Source of the DNA: Candidatus Atelocyanobacterium thalassa isolate ALOHA
Lineage (GTDB): Bacteria; Cyanobacteriota; Cyanobacteriia; Cyanobacteriales; Microcystaceae
Length of the DNA stretch: 32,000 nt
Assembly: GCF_000025125.1 (NCBI RefSeq)
Contig: NC_013771.1
Span: 900,001 to 932,000 of the forward strand
Direction: 5' to 3'
Made by a program: the position numbers and the translations under genes. Of this stretch, positions 20,872 to 29,810 are shown piece by piece. The number at the start of each line of letters is the position of its first letter. Position 1 is the first letter of the stretch. The notes under the pieces are model-generated. The model ran no database searches. It was not told where the DNA came from and saw only the letters and a program-made list of their open reading frames with translations.

Positions 20872-23355
20872 TTGGTTCCTAAACCCTTGAGCTTGATATT
20901 ATCAATTAAGATGCTTTCATTTGTTCCACCACCTAATCTACCAATCCAATCCCAATCAATTGTTACTCATGCAGAGAAGCAATTCGAGCCATTTTTGAAT
21001 ATCGACCCACTGTTAATTGATTCAAAAAAATATAGCTCTAAGCCAGTTAATTTAAATGGTTTAGAGGGTACAACGGTTTTTGAAACGGACTTTAATGGCT
21101 TTAGAAGTCAATCGTTCGATCTGCAAAACTTTTCTGATTCAAAAAATTCTTTATTATCCTTATCAATAGAAAAAGATATTGACAATTTAGATAAAATTAC
21201 TCAAAGAAAAAAAATTATCCCTCCACAATCACTTAGAAAGAGTGCTGATGGATTACGGAAAAAACAAACTTTTAATGTAAATAAAAATCTTGATGAACAA
21301 GAAAAATTTCCATTTTTAAATTTTCGTTCAAAAAATTATCAATCAGAGCAGTTAAATCTTAATTCGCCTATAAAAAATAAATTATATATAGCCCAACAAA
21401 TTAAAACTATATCTAAACCTGTTCCCCAAAAAATAATTGGAGTAATAGAACTAATCGCAGATCGGCAGGAATATGACTCTGAGAAAGAAGTAGTATATGC
21501 AGAAGGGAAAGTCATCATGCGCTTTACCAATGGAGTCTTGTTGGCTGATAGGTTGTGGATAAATCTTCCTAACAGGTTTGCCGTGGCTGAAGGCAATGTA
21601 GTACTAGATCGAGGGGAGCAGACATTAAGAGGAGAAAGGTTTGAATATTATTTTGTTCAAGATAGTGGAGTCGTTATTAATGCGAGTGGCCAAATATATC
21701 AACCTACTACAGGGCAAGATTTCACTCCTACTTTACCTACTGCCGCTGATAGTAATTTAATTCCTAATCAAATTCTGAATGAAAGATTAGCCCTCGAACA
21801 ACCGTTGCAAAAAATTACCAGAGCAGAAGGAATAAGTTATTCGTTCGGATTATCATTAGAAGAAGATAATATTCAAAATATGGGGGCTAATGTAGGACGT
21901 CGGAATGGAGGACAAGTTAATAGAATCCGTTTTCAAGCAGAACGAATAGAATTTGATGCTGATGGCTGGCAAGCTATGAATGCTAGATTAACTAATGACC
22001 CATTTTCTCCTCCTGAAGTTGAAGTCCGTGCTGAAACGGCTACTTATAGAAACATAGCTCCTCTGGTAGATGAAGTAAAACTTACTAATTCAAGAGTTGT
22101 TCTTGATCAAACCAACTCTTTTCCAACTCAAGACCGTCTCATATTTGATCATAGAGATCGCCAACCAGGAGTTCTCTCTTTTGGTTTTGATGACCGGGAT
22201 AGAGGAGGACTATTCGTAGAGAGAGGATTTAATATTATCGATACAGATACAGTAAACTGGGAAGTGACACCTCAATACTATATTCAAAAAGGAGCTTTTC
22301 CTAGAGGATTAACTGTTGATGATCAGAACACAGATTTATTTCAGGAAGATAAAGATGATATTGATATAGTAAGTCCTCCTGCTTTCGGTTTTGTTAATGA
22401 AATTAATGCTAATTTAAATGAAAAAACTACATTCTTTGCCAGAACTTCTCTTACAAGCCTAGAGTTTGATGATATAGAGGATCGCCTAAGAGTTAAAAGT
22501 TTTGCACAATATAGGATTGGCAATCAAAATAGTCCTCATGATTTGAGGTTTGAATATAATTATCGTGAACGTCTCTTTAATGGATCTTTAGGATTTCAAA
22601 CAGTTAGAAGTAGTGCTGGAATCCTTCTCGTTTCCCCTGATATTGCTTTAGATAGTTCAGGCCTGAGGTTAAGCTATCAAGGATCATTTCAAACTGTTAA
22701 CGCCGATACAGATAGATTTAGTTTGTTAGGGCATAATTCTAGTGACAATCGAATTAGCTTAACTCGACTCCAAGGAGCTGTATCTTTAAATCGTCCATTT
22801 CTGTTATGGTATGGAAAAGCTCTTCCGCCTGATCCAGAACAAGGTTTGAAATATACTTCAACTCCAGTATTACCTTTTCTAGTATTATCAACTGGAGTTA
22901 CGGGAGTAACAAGTCTGTATGGTAATGGAGATTCTCAACCCTCTATTCTGGGAAATATTAGATTATCTGGGCAAGTTGGTAATTTTTCTAAACCATTTCT
23001 AGACTATACTGGGTTTAATATTAGTTTTAGTCAAGCACTTAGAGGAGATCCTTCTCCTTTTATGTTTGATCGTTTCGCGGACTTAAAAACTTTATCTTGG
23101 GGAATAAGTCAACAATTGTATGGTCCAGTTCGTCTTGGCGTACAAAGCTCGTATAATATAGATAGAGATCGTGAGATCAATACTGATCTATTCATTGAAT
23201 ATAGTCGCCGTACATATAGTATATTATTGCGATATAATTCAGTGTTAAAGGTTGGTTCTCTTTCTTTACGGATTAGTGACTTTAACTGGGGAGGGAATCC
23301 AGGACCATTTGATGGTACAGGTATTAGACCTGTTATTCAAGGTATGCCTCGTTAG
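20872..23355 (+). CDS. lptD: LptD/OstA-like outer-membrane LPS-assembly protein (cyanobacterial type). The 5' end is uncertain.
   Basis: 827-aa ORF. It has an OstA/LptA-like beta-jellyroll N-domain (IELIADRQEYDSEKEVVYAEGKVIMRFTNGVLLADRLWINLPNRFAVAEGNVVLDRGEQTLRGERFEYYF), followed by roughly 550 aa with the alternating pattern typical of a beta-barrel. The first possible start is TTG 20872, and an internal ATG lies at 20911. Confidence 0.72.
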   Translation: MVPKPLSLILSIKMLSFVPPPNLPIQSQSIVTHAEKQFEPFLNIDPLLIDSKKYSSKPVNLNGLEGTTVFETDFNGFRSQSFDLQNFSDSKNSLLSLSIEKDIDNLDKITQRKKIIPPQSLRKSADGLRKKQTFNVNKNLDEQEKFPFLNFRSKNYQSEQLNLNSPIKNKLYIAQQIKTISKPVPQKIIGVIELIADRQEYDSEKEVVYAEGKVIMRFTNGVLLADRLWINLPNRFAVAEGNVVLDRGEQTLRGERFEYYFVQDSGVVINASGQIYQPTTGQDFTPTLPTAADSNLIPNQILNERLALEQPLQKITRAEGISYSFGLSLEEDNIQNMGANVGRRNGGQVNRIRFQAERIEFDADGWQAMNARLTNDPFSPPEVEVRAETATYRNIAPLVDEVKLTNSRVVLDQTNSFPTQDRLIFDHRDRQPGVLSFGFDDRDRGGLFVERGFNIIDTDTVNWEVTPQYYIQKGAFPRGLTVDDQNTDLFQEDKDDIDIVSPPAFGFVNEINANLNEKTTFFARTSLTSLEFDDIEDRLRVKSFAQYRIGNQNSPHDLRFEYNYRERLFNGSLGFQTVRSSAGILLVSPDIALDSSGLRLSYQGSFQTVNADTDRFSLLGHNSSDNRISLTRLQGAVSLNRPFLLWYGKALPPDPEQGLKYTSTPVLPFLVLSTGVTGVTSLYGNGDSQPSILGNIRLSGQVGNFSKPFLDYTGFNISFSQALRGDPSPFMFDRFADLKTLSWGISQQLYGPVRLGVQSSYNIDRDREINTDLFIEYSRRTYSILLRYNSVLKVGSLSLRISDFNWGGNPGPFDGTGIRPVIQGMPR

Positions 23356-23434
23356 ATAAAATATCATGATATAATGATTAACTTGAGTTAAAAACTTACC
23401 AATACAATTCAAAACACAGGGACATAAAATTAAG

Positions 23435-23683
23435 ATGATTAAATTAAGATTGAAAAAATTTGGGAAAAAACGAGAAGCTAGTTATAGAATAGTTGCAATA
23501 AAAAGCCAGGCTCGTAGAGATGGACGTCCTATCGAAGAACTAGGATTTTATAATCCTAGAACTAATGAAACACGATTGGATATTCCTTCTATTGTTAATC
23601 GTTTAAATCAAGGCGCTCAACCAAGCGATACTGTAAGAGCCATTCTTAAAAAAGAAAAAGTTTTTGAACAAACTAATGTTTAA
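23435..23683 (+). CDS. rpsP: 30S ribosomal protein S16
   Basis: 82-aa ORF reading [45 protein letters not shown], which is the canonical S16 N-terminus. Confidence 0.97.
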   Translation: MIKLRLKKFGKKREASYRIVAIKSQARRDGRPIEELGFYNPRTNETRLDIPSIVNRLNQGAQPSDTVRAILKKEKVFEQTNV

Positions 23684-23987
23684 CATTAGTGATGTAGTCA
23701 ATTTTCATAATTATAAAATTCCTAACTATTCTAAACTGGTGGAATTTCTAGTAGAGCCTTTACTAGAATCTCCGAAATCTTTGAGTGTTGATTGCGAAAA
23801 GATTAAGAGTAGTCAAAAGGTTTGGGTAAGGTTAGCTATCAATGAAGTAGATAAAGGCCGAGTTTATGGGAAAGGAGGGCGTAACATTCAGGCAATTAGA
23901 ACTATTCTAATAACAGCGGCGAGTACTGTAGGCCAATCACTTTATCTCGATATCTATAATAAGCTGAATAAAAATACTTATTCTTAG
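23664..23987 (+). CDS. KH-domain RNA-binding protein (UPF0109/YlqC family)
   Basis: The ORF overlaps the end of rpsP. The track start is TTG 23664, but ATG at 23676 is more likely. The KH GxxG core is present ([20 protein letters not shown]). A KH protein immediately downstream of rpsP is conserved synteny in bacteria. Confidence 0.88.
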   Translation: MNKLMFNISDVVNFHNYKIPNYSKLVEFLVEPLLESPKSLSVDCEKIKSSQKVWVRLAINEVDKGRVYGKGGRNIQAIRTILITAASTVGQSLYLDIYNKLNKNTYS

Positions 23988-24063
23988 GTTCTTAAATGGA
24001 ATGAAGTAAGCTGTAATTTTATTCGGAAATGCCCTTGTTTTTAAAGAGAAGATACGTTAAGAA

Positions 24064-25350
24064 TTGCTCTTAAAATCGTTAATAAGAAAAATGAAACCGA
24101 TTGACATTCTAATACTTTCAAACGGCCCAGGAGAAATAACTACTTGGGTTAGACCTGTTGTGGTTTCTTTGCGTAATCTCTTTGGGAATGATTCTTCTCA
24201 AGTCAGAATTTCAGTAATGTTATCTCCATGTCCTCATAGTACAGGGCAAGAATATAATATTGTTAAAAATTATATTGGGGTAGATCGAGTTCAATCTAGT
24301 GAGTTCTTTTTCCCTTTTTTATTATTTGGCAAAACATCTGATAACTGGGATTGGAGAGAAAAAGGGATTGTCCTATTTTTGGGTGGTGATCAGTTTTATA
24401 CTCTACTTATTAGTAAAAGGTTAGGATACAAGTCAGTAACTTATGCAGAATGGGAAGCTAGATGGTATCGCTGGCTTGATAAATTCGCTGTAATGAATCA
24501 ATCTGTTATCAAAAAGGTTCCACAAACATATCAAAACAAATGTGTAGTTGTTGGGGATTTGATGGCAGATTTTACTTCAACTCCATTAGATATATTGAAA
24601 ATGGTTGATAGTCCTGTTATTGCTCTCTTGCCCGGCTCTAAATCAGGTAAATTAACTCAAGGTGTTCCGCTCTGCTTAGCGATCGCTGATTATATTTACA
24701 AAAAACGACCTAATATTCATTTTATTCTTCCAGTTGCCCCTACTTTAAATATTCAAGATTTGGTTTATTACTCACAATCCAAGTCCAATCCTCTCGTAAA
24801 AGAAATGGGAGGAGTAGAAGCTAATCTAATAGTTAAAAATTTTAATAAGACCGAAAAATACTTTTTACAAACTAACAATGGAGCTGAAGTAGAGTTAATC
24901 AATGATTTTCCAGTACATTCTCATTTACGTAAATGTTGTCTCGCACTCACAACTGTAGGAGCTAATACTGCGGAATTAGGGGCTTTAGGCGTTCCGATGA
25001 TTGTTTTACTTCCAACACAAAAATTAGATGCTATGAGGACATGGGATGGTGTTCCAGGAATTTTATCTAATCTACCATTTATCGGAAGTAAGTTCGCAAA
25101 ATTTATAAACAAGCAAGTTATTAAAGAAGGTCGCTTATTTGCATGGCCCAATATATGGGCAAAAGAAAAAATTGTCCCTGAGCTAGTTGGAGAATTACAA
25201 CCTGATCAAGTGGCTCAAAAAGTTTTAGACTTTATAAATAATCCCTCAAAATTACAACAAATTCATTGTAATTTACTAAAAATCAGAGGAGAATCTGGAG
25301 CAGCTTCTAAAATTGCCAAGGTTATTAAGGATCAGTTGGATTTAATTTAA
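24064..25350 (+). CDS. LpxB-related glycosyltransferase (lipid-A-disaccharide-synthase-related protein, not canonical LpxB)
   Basis: 428-aa ORF. The track start is TTG 24064, and ATG at 24091 (MKPIDILILSNGPGE) is more plausible. Segments align by eye with E. coli LpxB: IALLPGSKSGKL vs LALLPGSRGAEV, LTTVGANTAELGALGVPMIVL vs [20 protein letters not shown], and WPNIWAKEKIVPELVGE vs LPNLLAGRELVKELLQE. The N-terminal GE(T/A)SGD motif is replaced by SNGPGEITT. Confidence 0.7.
   Translation: MLLKSLIRKMKPIDILILSNGPGEITTWVRPVVVSLRNLFGNDSSQVRISVMLSPCPHSTGQEYNIVKNYIGVDRVQSSEFFFPFLLFGKTSDNWDWREKGIVLFLGGDQFYTLLISKRLGYKSVTYAEWEARWYRWLDKFAVMNQSVIKKVPQTYQNKCVVVGDLMADFTSTPLDILKMVDSPVIALLPGSKSGKLTQGVPLCLAIADYIYKKRPNIHFILPVAPTLNIQDLVYYSQSKSNPLVKEMGGVEANLIVKNFNKTEKYFLQTNNGAEVELINDFPVHSHLRKCCLALTTVGANTAELGALGVPMIVLLPTQKLDAMRTWDGVPGILSNLPFIGSKFAKFINKQVIKEGRLFAWPNIWAKEKIVPELVGELQPDQVAQKVLDFINNPSKLQQIHCNLLKIRGESGAASKIAKVIKDQLDLI
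24679..24686. repeat. Single HIP1 octamer (GCGATCGC) inside the LpxB-related CDS
   Basis: This is the only perfect GCGATCGC I found while reading the window. Several degraded copies are visible, for example AGATCGCC at about 22167 and GGATCGCC at about 22489. Confidence 0.6.
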
Positions 25351-25540
25351 TGCTTAATTATTATTATTAAAATATACCAATAGCTTTATATATTTATGGT
25401 AGAAAGACTTAATTAAATTAGACTTAATAATTTATAAACAAATTATCCTTAGAAAATTATTTTTTCAAATAGGAACATAACTTACTATATAAATGGTAAG
25501 ATCTTTTTGTCTGGCACAGTCACAATATTAAGGAAAAGCC

Positions 25541-25954
25541 ATGGTAGAAGAGACACAGCCTAAAGAAAAAAAAGAGAAAAAGGAAAAACCTCCTGCTCTT
25601 GAAGATAAACCATTTACTGAATTTATAGAGCAGCATTTTGTACCTACTCTTAAAGAAAGTTTAAATAAAGAAGGGTTAACTGATATAGAATTATCTTTTA
25701 CAAAAGCTCCGATTTCTATTGTTGGAGCAAGTACAGATCAATCTTGCTCACAAATTATCGGTACTTGGAGTAATAGTCAACGTCAGTTCATAATTTATTT
25801 TCCTGAAGAAAGTATTAATGGCCAAAAAGCCTTTTCCTTCGGCCATAATAATAAATTTCTTAGCACTCTTGAATCTTTTATGATAGACGAAAGAAAAGTT
25901 ACGTTAAATCTTTTAGTACTGTATACTTTACAACGTATTACTAGACAGAAGTAA
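25541..25954 (+). CDS. Small conserved cyanobacterial hypothetical protein with a Lys/Glu-rich N-terminus (possibly DUF2996-like)
   Basis: 137-aa ORF with an ATG start. The N-terminus is charged and low-complexity (PKEKKEKKEKPPALEDKPFTEFIEQHF), followed by a globular part (GTWSNSQRQFIIYFPEE...ESFMIDERKVTLNLLV). The family assignment is from memory only. Confidence 0.6.
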   Translation: MVEETQPKEKKEKKEKPPALEDKPFTEFIEQHFVPTLKESLNKEGLTDIELSFTKAPISIVGASTDQSCSQIIGTWSNSQRQFIIYFPEESINGQKAFSFGHNNKFLSTLESFMIDERKVTLNLLVLYTLQRITRQK

Positions 25955-26145
25955 TTTGCTAAATAATTTAAACTGAAATTGAAAAAGATAACTCTTATTG
26001 TGAGGGTTAGCTCTTCAAGAGAGAAATATATTGATCCTCACATAAGTTATATAATTTCTAGAAGATCCTAGTTACATTAAATGGGTTACCAATAATCTTC
26101 ATATTGCATATAGTTACAATTTTTCTATTCTTTTACTTATCAAGA

Positions 26146-27081
26146 CTAAAGAGTGGAAAACTCTCCTAAGATTTTTACTTCTGGTTCAAGTATTAATGAC
26201 CAGCGATCTTGCACTTTTTCCTGAACATGATGAATTAACCGAAAAATATCTTCTGCTTTAGCTTGTCCGCAATTTAAAATAAAATTAGCATGACAATGAG
26301 ATATTTCAGCATCACCCACTCGATATCCTTTTAGACCCAACTGCTCAATCAACCATCCCGCAGAGTGCGATGATGGATTGCGAAATACGCTTCCACAACT
26401 AGGCTTATCATAAGGTTGAGAACTCCTTCTTTTTTGAAGATTTTGTTGTGTTTTTCTCGTTACATCTTCTTTTGTAAATCCTTGCTGTAATTGAAAAGTT
26501 GCTTCAAGAACTAAATGTTTTCCATTTTGTAAAGAAGAAGTTCTATAGCCATAGTCTAAATCTTTAGGTGTTAAAGTTTTAACTTTACCATCGTAAGATA
26601 GGATGACTACATTAACTAGTAAATCAGCAATACACTGATTGTGAGCTCCTGCATTCATAACAACGGCTCCTCCGACTGTTCCAGGGATGCCAACAGCCCA
26701 TTCCAAACCTGACCAACCTTTTTTAGCTGCTTGCCAAGCAACGCTTACAATTGGTCTTCCTGCAGCTACTGTGACACATCCTATATCGTTATTAAACTGA
26801 TAGTGACGAAAATTACGTGTGCTTAGCACTAATCCTTTAATCCCTTTGTCGCTTATTAAAAGATTAGATCCAGCTCCGAGTAATGTTAATGATAAATTTT
26901 TATTTGAGAACCATTCGAAAGTTGCTTGTAATTCTTGCCAATTATGAGGAGCTGCATACCATTGAGCTTCTCCACCTACTTTGTAAGAAGTGTAGGGAGC
27001 TAAAGATATATTACTATGAATCTTCCCTATGGCACTATGTGATTTAATATATCCAGACAAAGAAGGAAATGGATGAGTCAT
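26146..27081 (-). CDS. murB: UDP-N-acetylenolpyruvoylglucosamine reductase
   Basis: 311-aa ORF with an FAD-binding PCMH domain (LLGAGSNLLISDKGIKGLV, GIPGTVGGAVVMNAGA) and the MurB C-terminal motif (PSCGSVFRNP...AGWLIEQLGLKGYRVGDAEIS..HANFILN). Confidence 0.95.
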   Translation of the reverse strand: MTHPFPSLSGYIKSHSAIGKIHSNISLAPYTSYKVGGEAQWYAAPHNWQELQATFEWFSNKNLSLTLLGAGSNLLISDKGIKGLVLSTRNFRHYQFNNDIGCVTVAAGRPIVSVAWQAAKKGWSGLEWAVGIPGTVGGAVVMNAGAHNQCIADLLVNVVILSYDGKVKTLTPKDLDYGYRTSSLQNGKHLVLEATFQLQQGFTKEDVTRKTQQNLQKRRSSQPYDKPSCGSVFRNPSSHSAGWLIEQLGLKGYRVGDAEISHCHANFILNCGQAKAEDIFRLIHHVQEKVQDRWSLILEPEVKILGEFSTL

Positions 27082-27179
27082 AAACTATTTAAATTAATTA
27101 GATTATATGAGAAACACGACTGCTAACTCAAAAAATTGTTCCGTTCTAAAGACATATAATATGACCTAACTAATTTTAA

Positions 27180-28685
27180 CTATTTACTAGTTCGACAAAG
27201 ATCAATGATATGAGGAATGATTTGATTTAAATTACCTGCACCTAGAAATAAAACCAAATCTTTAGGTTGTAATAATTCAGGAAGTTTTTGAGGTAAATCT
27301 TCTAAAGATGGAAAATAGAGTACTTTAGGATGATTTTTGCTAACTTCCTTCGCTAAATCTTCTCCATATATATTATTGGTATTAATTTCTCCAGCACTAT
27401 AGATATCTGTTAAAACAACTAAATCTGCTTCATTAAAACAAGTGGCAAACTTTTCCAATAAAGCAAAAGTACGACTATAACGGTGAGGTTGAAAGATAAC
27501 AACTATACGATTAGCTAGTTTATTATCGATTTTAGAGCGAGCCGCTGACAGAGTTGCTTTGATTTCACTAGGATGATGGGCATAGTCATCGATAAAAGTA
27601 ATTTCGTTACAATAACCACGTTTTTCAAAACGTCTTTTTGGACTTTGAAAATTTAATAGAGAATCTACAATCACAGAAAACTCTAGACCTATCTTTCTAC
27701 CTACAGCGATAGCTGCAAGGGTATTACTAACATTATGATTACCAAGAACAGTTAAATTTATTTTTCCTAAATATATTCCTCTTTCCCAAACTTCAGCCCT
27801 AGCCCCTTTATTATCATTAACAAGATTCTTAACTGTATAATCTGCTTGTTTATTAAAATCTAGACTATAAGTAATATGAGGTGAAAGGTATGAAGAAATA
27901 ATTTCACAATCAAGGGAGCCAACTAAAATGTCACATTGTGCTGCAAAAATTTGAAATGTATTGATTACATCATCTAAATTTTGATAATGGTCTGGATGAT
28001 CTAGCTCAATATTTGTTATGACACCGATATGAGGATGATGTTTAATTAACGAGCCGTCAGATTCGTCTACTTCAGCCACAAGATATCCTTTTTCTGCACC
28101 TATTCTAGCATTACCATCCCAGGCATCTACTTCACCTCCGATAATTATCGTAGGATCAATACCTGCTTCAAGCAACATATAACCAATTAAACTACTAGTC
28201 GTTGTTTTACCATGAGTCCCCGCTACACCAATACTTTTATAATCACTAATCAAGGCTGCTAAGATATCAGAACGATGAAAAACAGGACAACCTTTCTTTT
28301 TTGCTGCAAGATATTCAGAATTATCATTAGTAATAGCTGTGGAACAAATAACCTGAGGTAAGTATTTTTGTTCTAATGATAATTCGTCTTCACTAACAAC
28401 TAAACTTTCGTTTTGAAAAGTTTTATTCTCATGATTAGAGGCAGGAATTTCTTTTAAAGCTTGCTTTTGATTACAGCTAAATAGTTCCAAATTTGTCGCT
28501 TCTTGATGATTAAAAATATGAACGCCAACTTTTTGTAATCTTTCAATAATATGAGTTGAACGTAAATCAGAACCAGAGACAGGAAGCTCACGCTTGGCCA
28601 AGATATGCGCTAAAGCAGACATTCCAATTCCGCCAATACCAATAAAATGAAAGGGCCGCCCACTAAAGTCTATAGTTTTTCCCAT
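27180..28685 (-). CDS. murC: UDP-N-acetylmuramate--L-alanine ligase
   Basis: 501-aa ORF with a Rossmann N-terminus (HFIGIGGIGMSALAHILAKRELPVSGSD), the Mur ligase P-loop (GVAGTHGKTTTSSL), the DESDGS motif and DDYAHHPSE. Confidence 0.95.
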   Translation of the reverse strand: MGKTIDFSGRPFHFIGIGGIGMSALAHILAKRELPVSGSDLRSTHIIERLQKVGVHIFNHQEATNLELFSCNQKQALKEIPASNHENKTFQNESLVVSEDELSLEQKYLPQVICSTAITNDNSEYLAAKKKGCPVFHRSDILAALISDYKSIGVAGTHGKTTTSSLIGYMLLEAGIDPTIIIGGEVDAWDGNARIGAEKGYLVAEVDESDGSLIKHHPHIGVITNIELDHPDHYQNLDDVINTFQIFAAQCDILVGSLDCEIISSYLSPHITYSLDFNKQADYTVKNLVNDNKGARAEVWERGIYLGKINLTVLGNHNVSNTLAAIAVGRKIGLEFSVIVDSLLNFQSPKRRFEKRGYCNEITFIDDYAHHPSEIKATLSAARSKIDNKLANRIVVIFQPHRYSRTFALLEKFATCFNEADLVVLTDIYSAGEINTNNIYGEDLAKEVSKNHPKVLYFPSLEDLPQKLPELLQPKDLVLFLGAGNLNQIIPHIIDLCRTSK

Positions 28686-28957
28686 TATCTCTCCTTACAA
28701 ACCACACAACTAGAACAAAATTAATAGATTACAGATTTATAGCCACTACATAAAAAGCTAATTTGTTGGTTATAAAGCAGACCACGCTTAATAATAACTA
28801 TATTTGATTTAAAGGTAAAGGCATTACATTTATCAAAGAGTGATGAAAGAACAATACCATAACTTTTGAATACTAAAATATTTATTTTTAATCATTTGTT
28901 AATTTAAATGATTTATATATTTAGTTGATTCTATTATTCTGTCTGGAAAAACTTAAA

Positions 28958-29713
28958 TTAATTCATTACCATTCCACCATCTATGTTGATTACTTGTCCT
29001 GTGATATAAGCTGCAGAGGGATCAACTGCCAAAAATCTTGTAAGCCCTGCTACTTCTTCTGGAGTTCCCAACCTTTTTAAAGGAATAGATTGTAAAACGT
29101 TTTCTTTTTCTAGATCTTTCGTCATATTAGTTTTAATAAAACCAGGAGCAATCGCATTAACTGTTATGCCACGGCTAGCTACTTCTTTCGCAACTGATTT
29201 GGTAAAGCCTAATATACCTGCCTTTGCTGCACTATAATTGGCTTGTCCAGGATTACCTACTTCACCTACTATGGAAGAAACATTAATAATACGTCCGTTT
29301 TTTTGTTTAAGCATAGTTTTTATAACAGCTTGAGTACAAAGAAAAACTCCTGTGAGATTTAAATCAATAACTGTTTGCCAGTCATCAAGCTTCATTCTTA
29401 ACAGTAATTTATCACGTGTGATCCCTGCATTGTTGACTAGAATATCAATTCTTCCAAATTTATTTAATGTATTATCAATTAATTTTTTTACATCTTCTAA
29501 GTTAGCAATATTAGCTTGAACAGCAATAGCTTCTCCTCCATTCCGTATTATATCTTTTACTACCTCTTCTGCTGCTGCTTTAGAATTAGCATAGTTAACA
29601 ACGACTTTTAAGCCTAAGCTAGCTAACTCTATCGCAATTGCACGGCCAATACCTTGAGAGGAACCGGTAACTATAGCAACTTTTGAATCCAACGACGAAA
29701 TTGACGTTAACAT
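28958..29713 (-). CDS. fabG: 3-oxoacyl-[acyl-carrier-protein] reductase
   Basis: 251-aa SDR ORF with the cofactor motif (VTGSSQGIGRAIA), NNAGI and the catalytic SSIVGEVGNPGQANYSAAKAG (S...YxxxK). The C-terminus ITGQVINIDGGMVM is typical of FabG. Confidence 0.92.
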   Translation of the reverse strand: MLTSISSLDSKVAIVTGSSQGIGRAIAIELASLGLKVVVNYANSKAAAEEVVKDIIRNGGEAIAVQANIANLEDVKKLIDNTLNKFGRIDILVNNAGITRDKLLLRMKLDDWQTVIDLNLTGVFLCTQAVIKTMLKQKNGRIINVSSIVGEVGNPGQANYSAAKAGILGFTKSVAKEVASRGITVNAIAPGFIKTNMTKDLEKENVLQSIPLKRLGTPEEVAGLTRFLAVDPSAAYITGQVINIDGGMVMN

Positions 29714-29810
29714 TTTTTATAGGACCTTATTATCTTGACTACTTAAATTTTAGCTGTATAAATTAAGATAATATAAGAATTTTATAGATTTTTTGTTAAA
29801 TTACCATCAT

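Noticed and set aside
2047-25151. Ten 60-106-aa ORFs in the supplied track that lie antisense to or inside larger genes: 2047-2364, 4549-4746, 9410-9619, 9882-10109, 12592-12807, 14686-14880, 15434-15754, 21339-21596, 22341-22523 and 24921-25151.
   Set aside because: Each one overlaps a long ORF with clear homology (9882-10109 only the 3' end of chlM; most of it lies in the chlM-glgC spacer). Their translations are low-complexity Ser/Phe/Leu/Ile-rich strings typical of shadow frames in AT-rich DNA, and none shows a recognisable motif.
25550-25600. An AAAGA/GAAAA-rich repetitive stretch that looks like a tandem repeat.
   Set aside because: It is in frame within the 137-aa ORF and simply encodes the Lys/Glu-rich tail (PKEKKEKKEKP). 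It is not an independent repeat element.
28356-28505. A roughly 45-aa segment in MurC (…NLELFSCNQKQALKEIPASNHENKTFQNESLVVSEDELSLEQKYL…) that is absent from E. coli MurC, lying between the Rossmann N-terminus and the (V/I)xSTAI motif.
   Set aside because: From memory, cyanobacterial MurC proteins commonly carry an insertion at this position and have a similar overall length. Without an alignment I cannot claim it is unusual.
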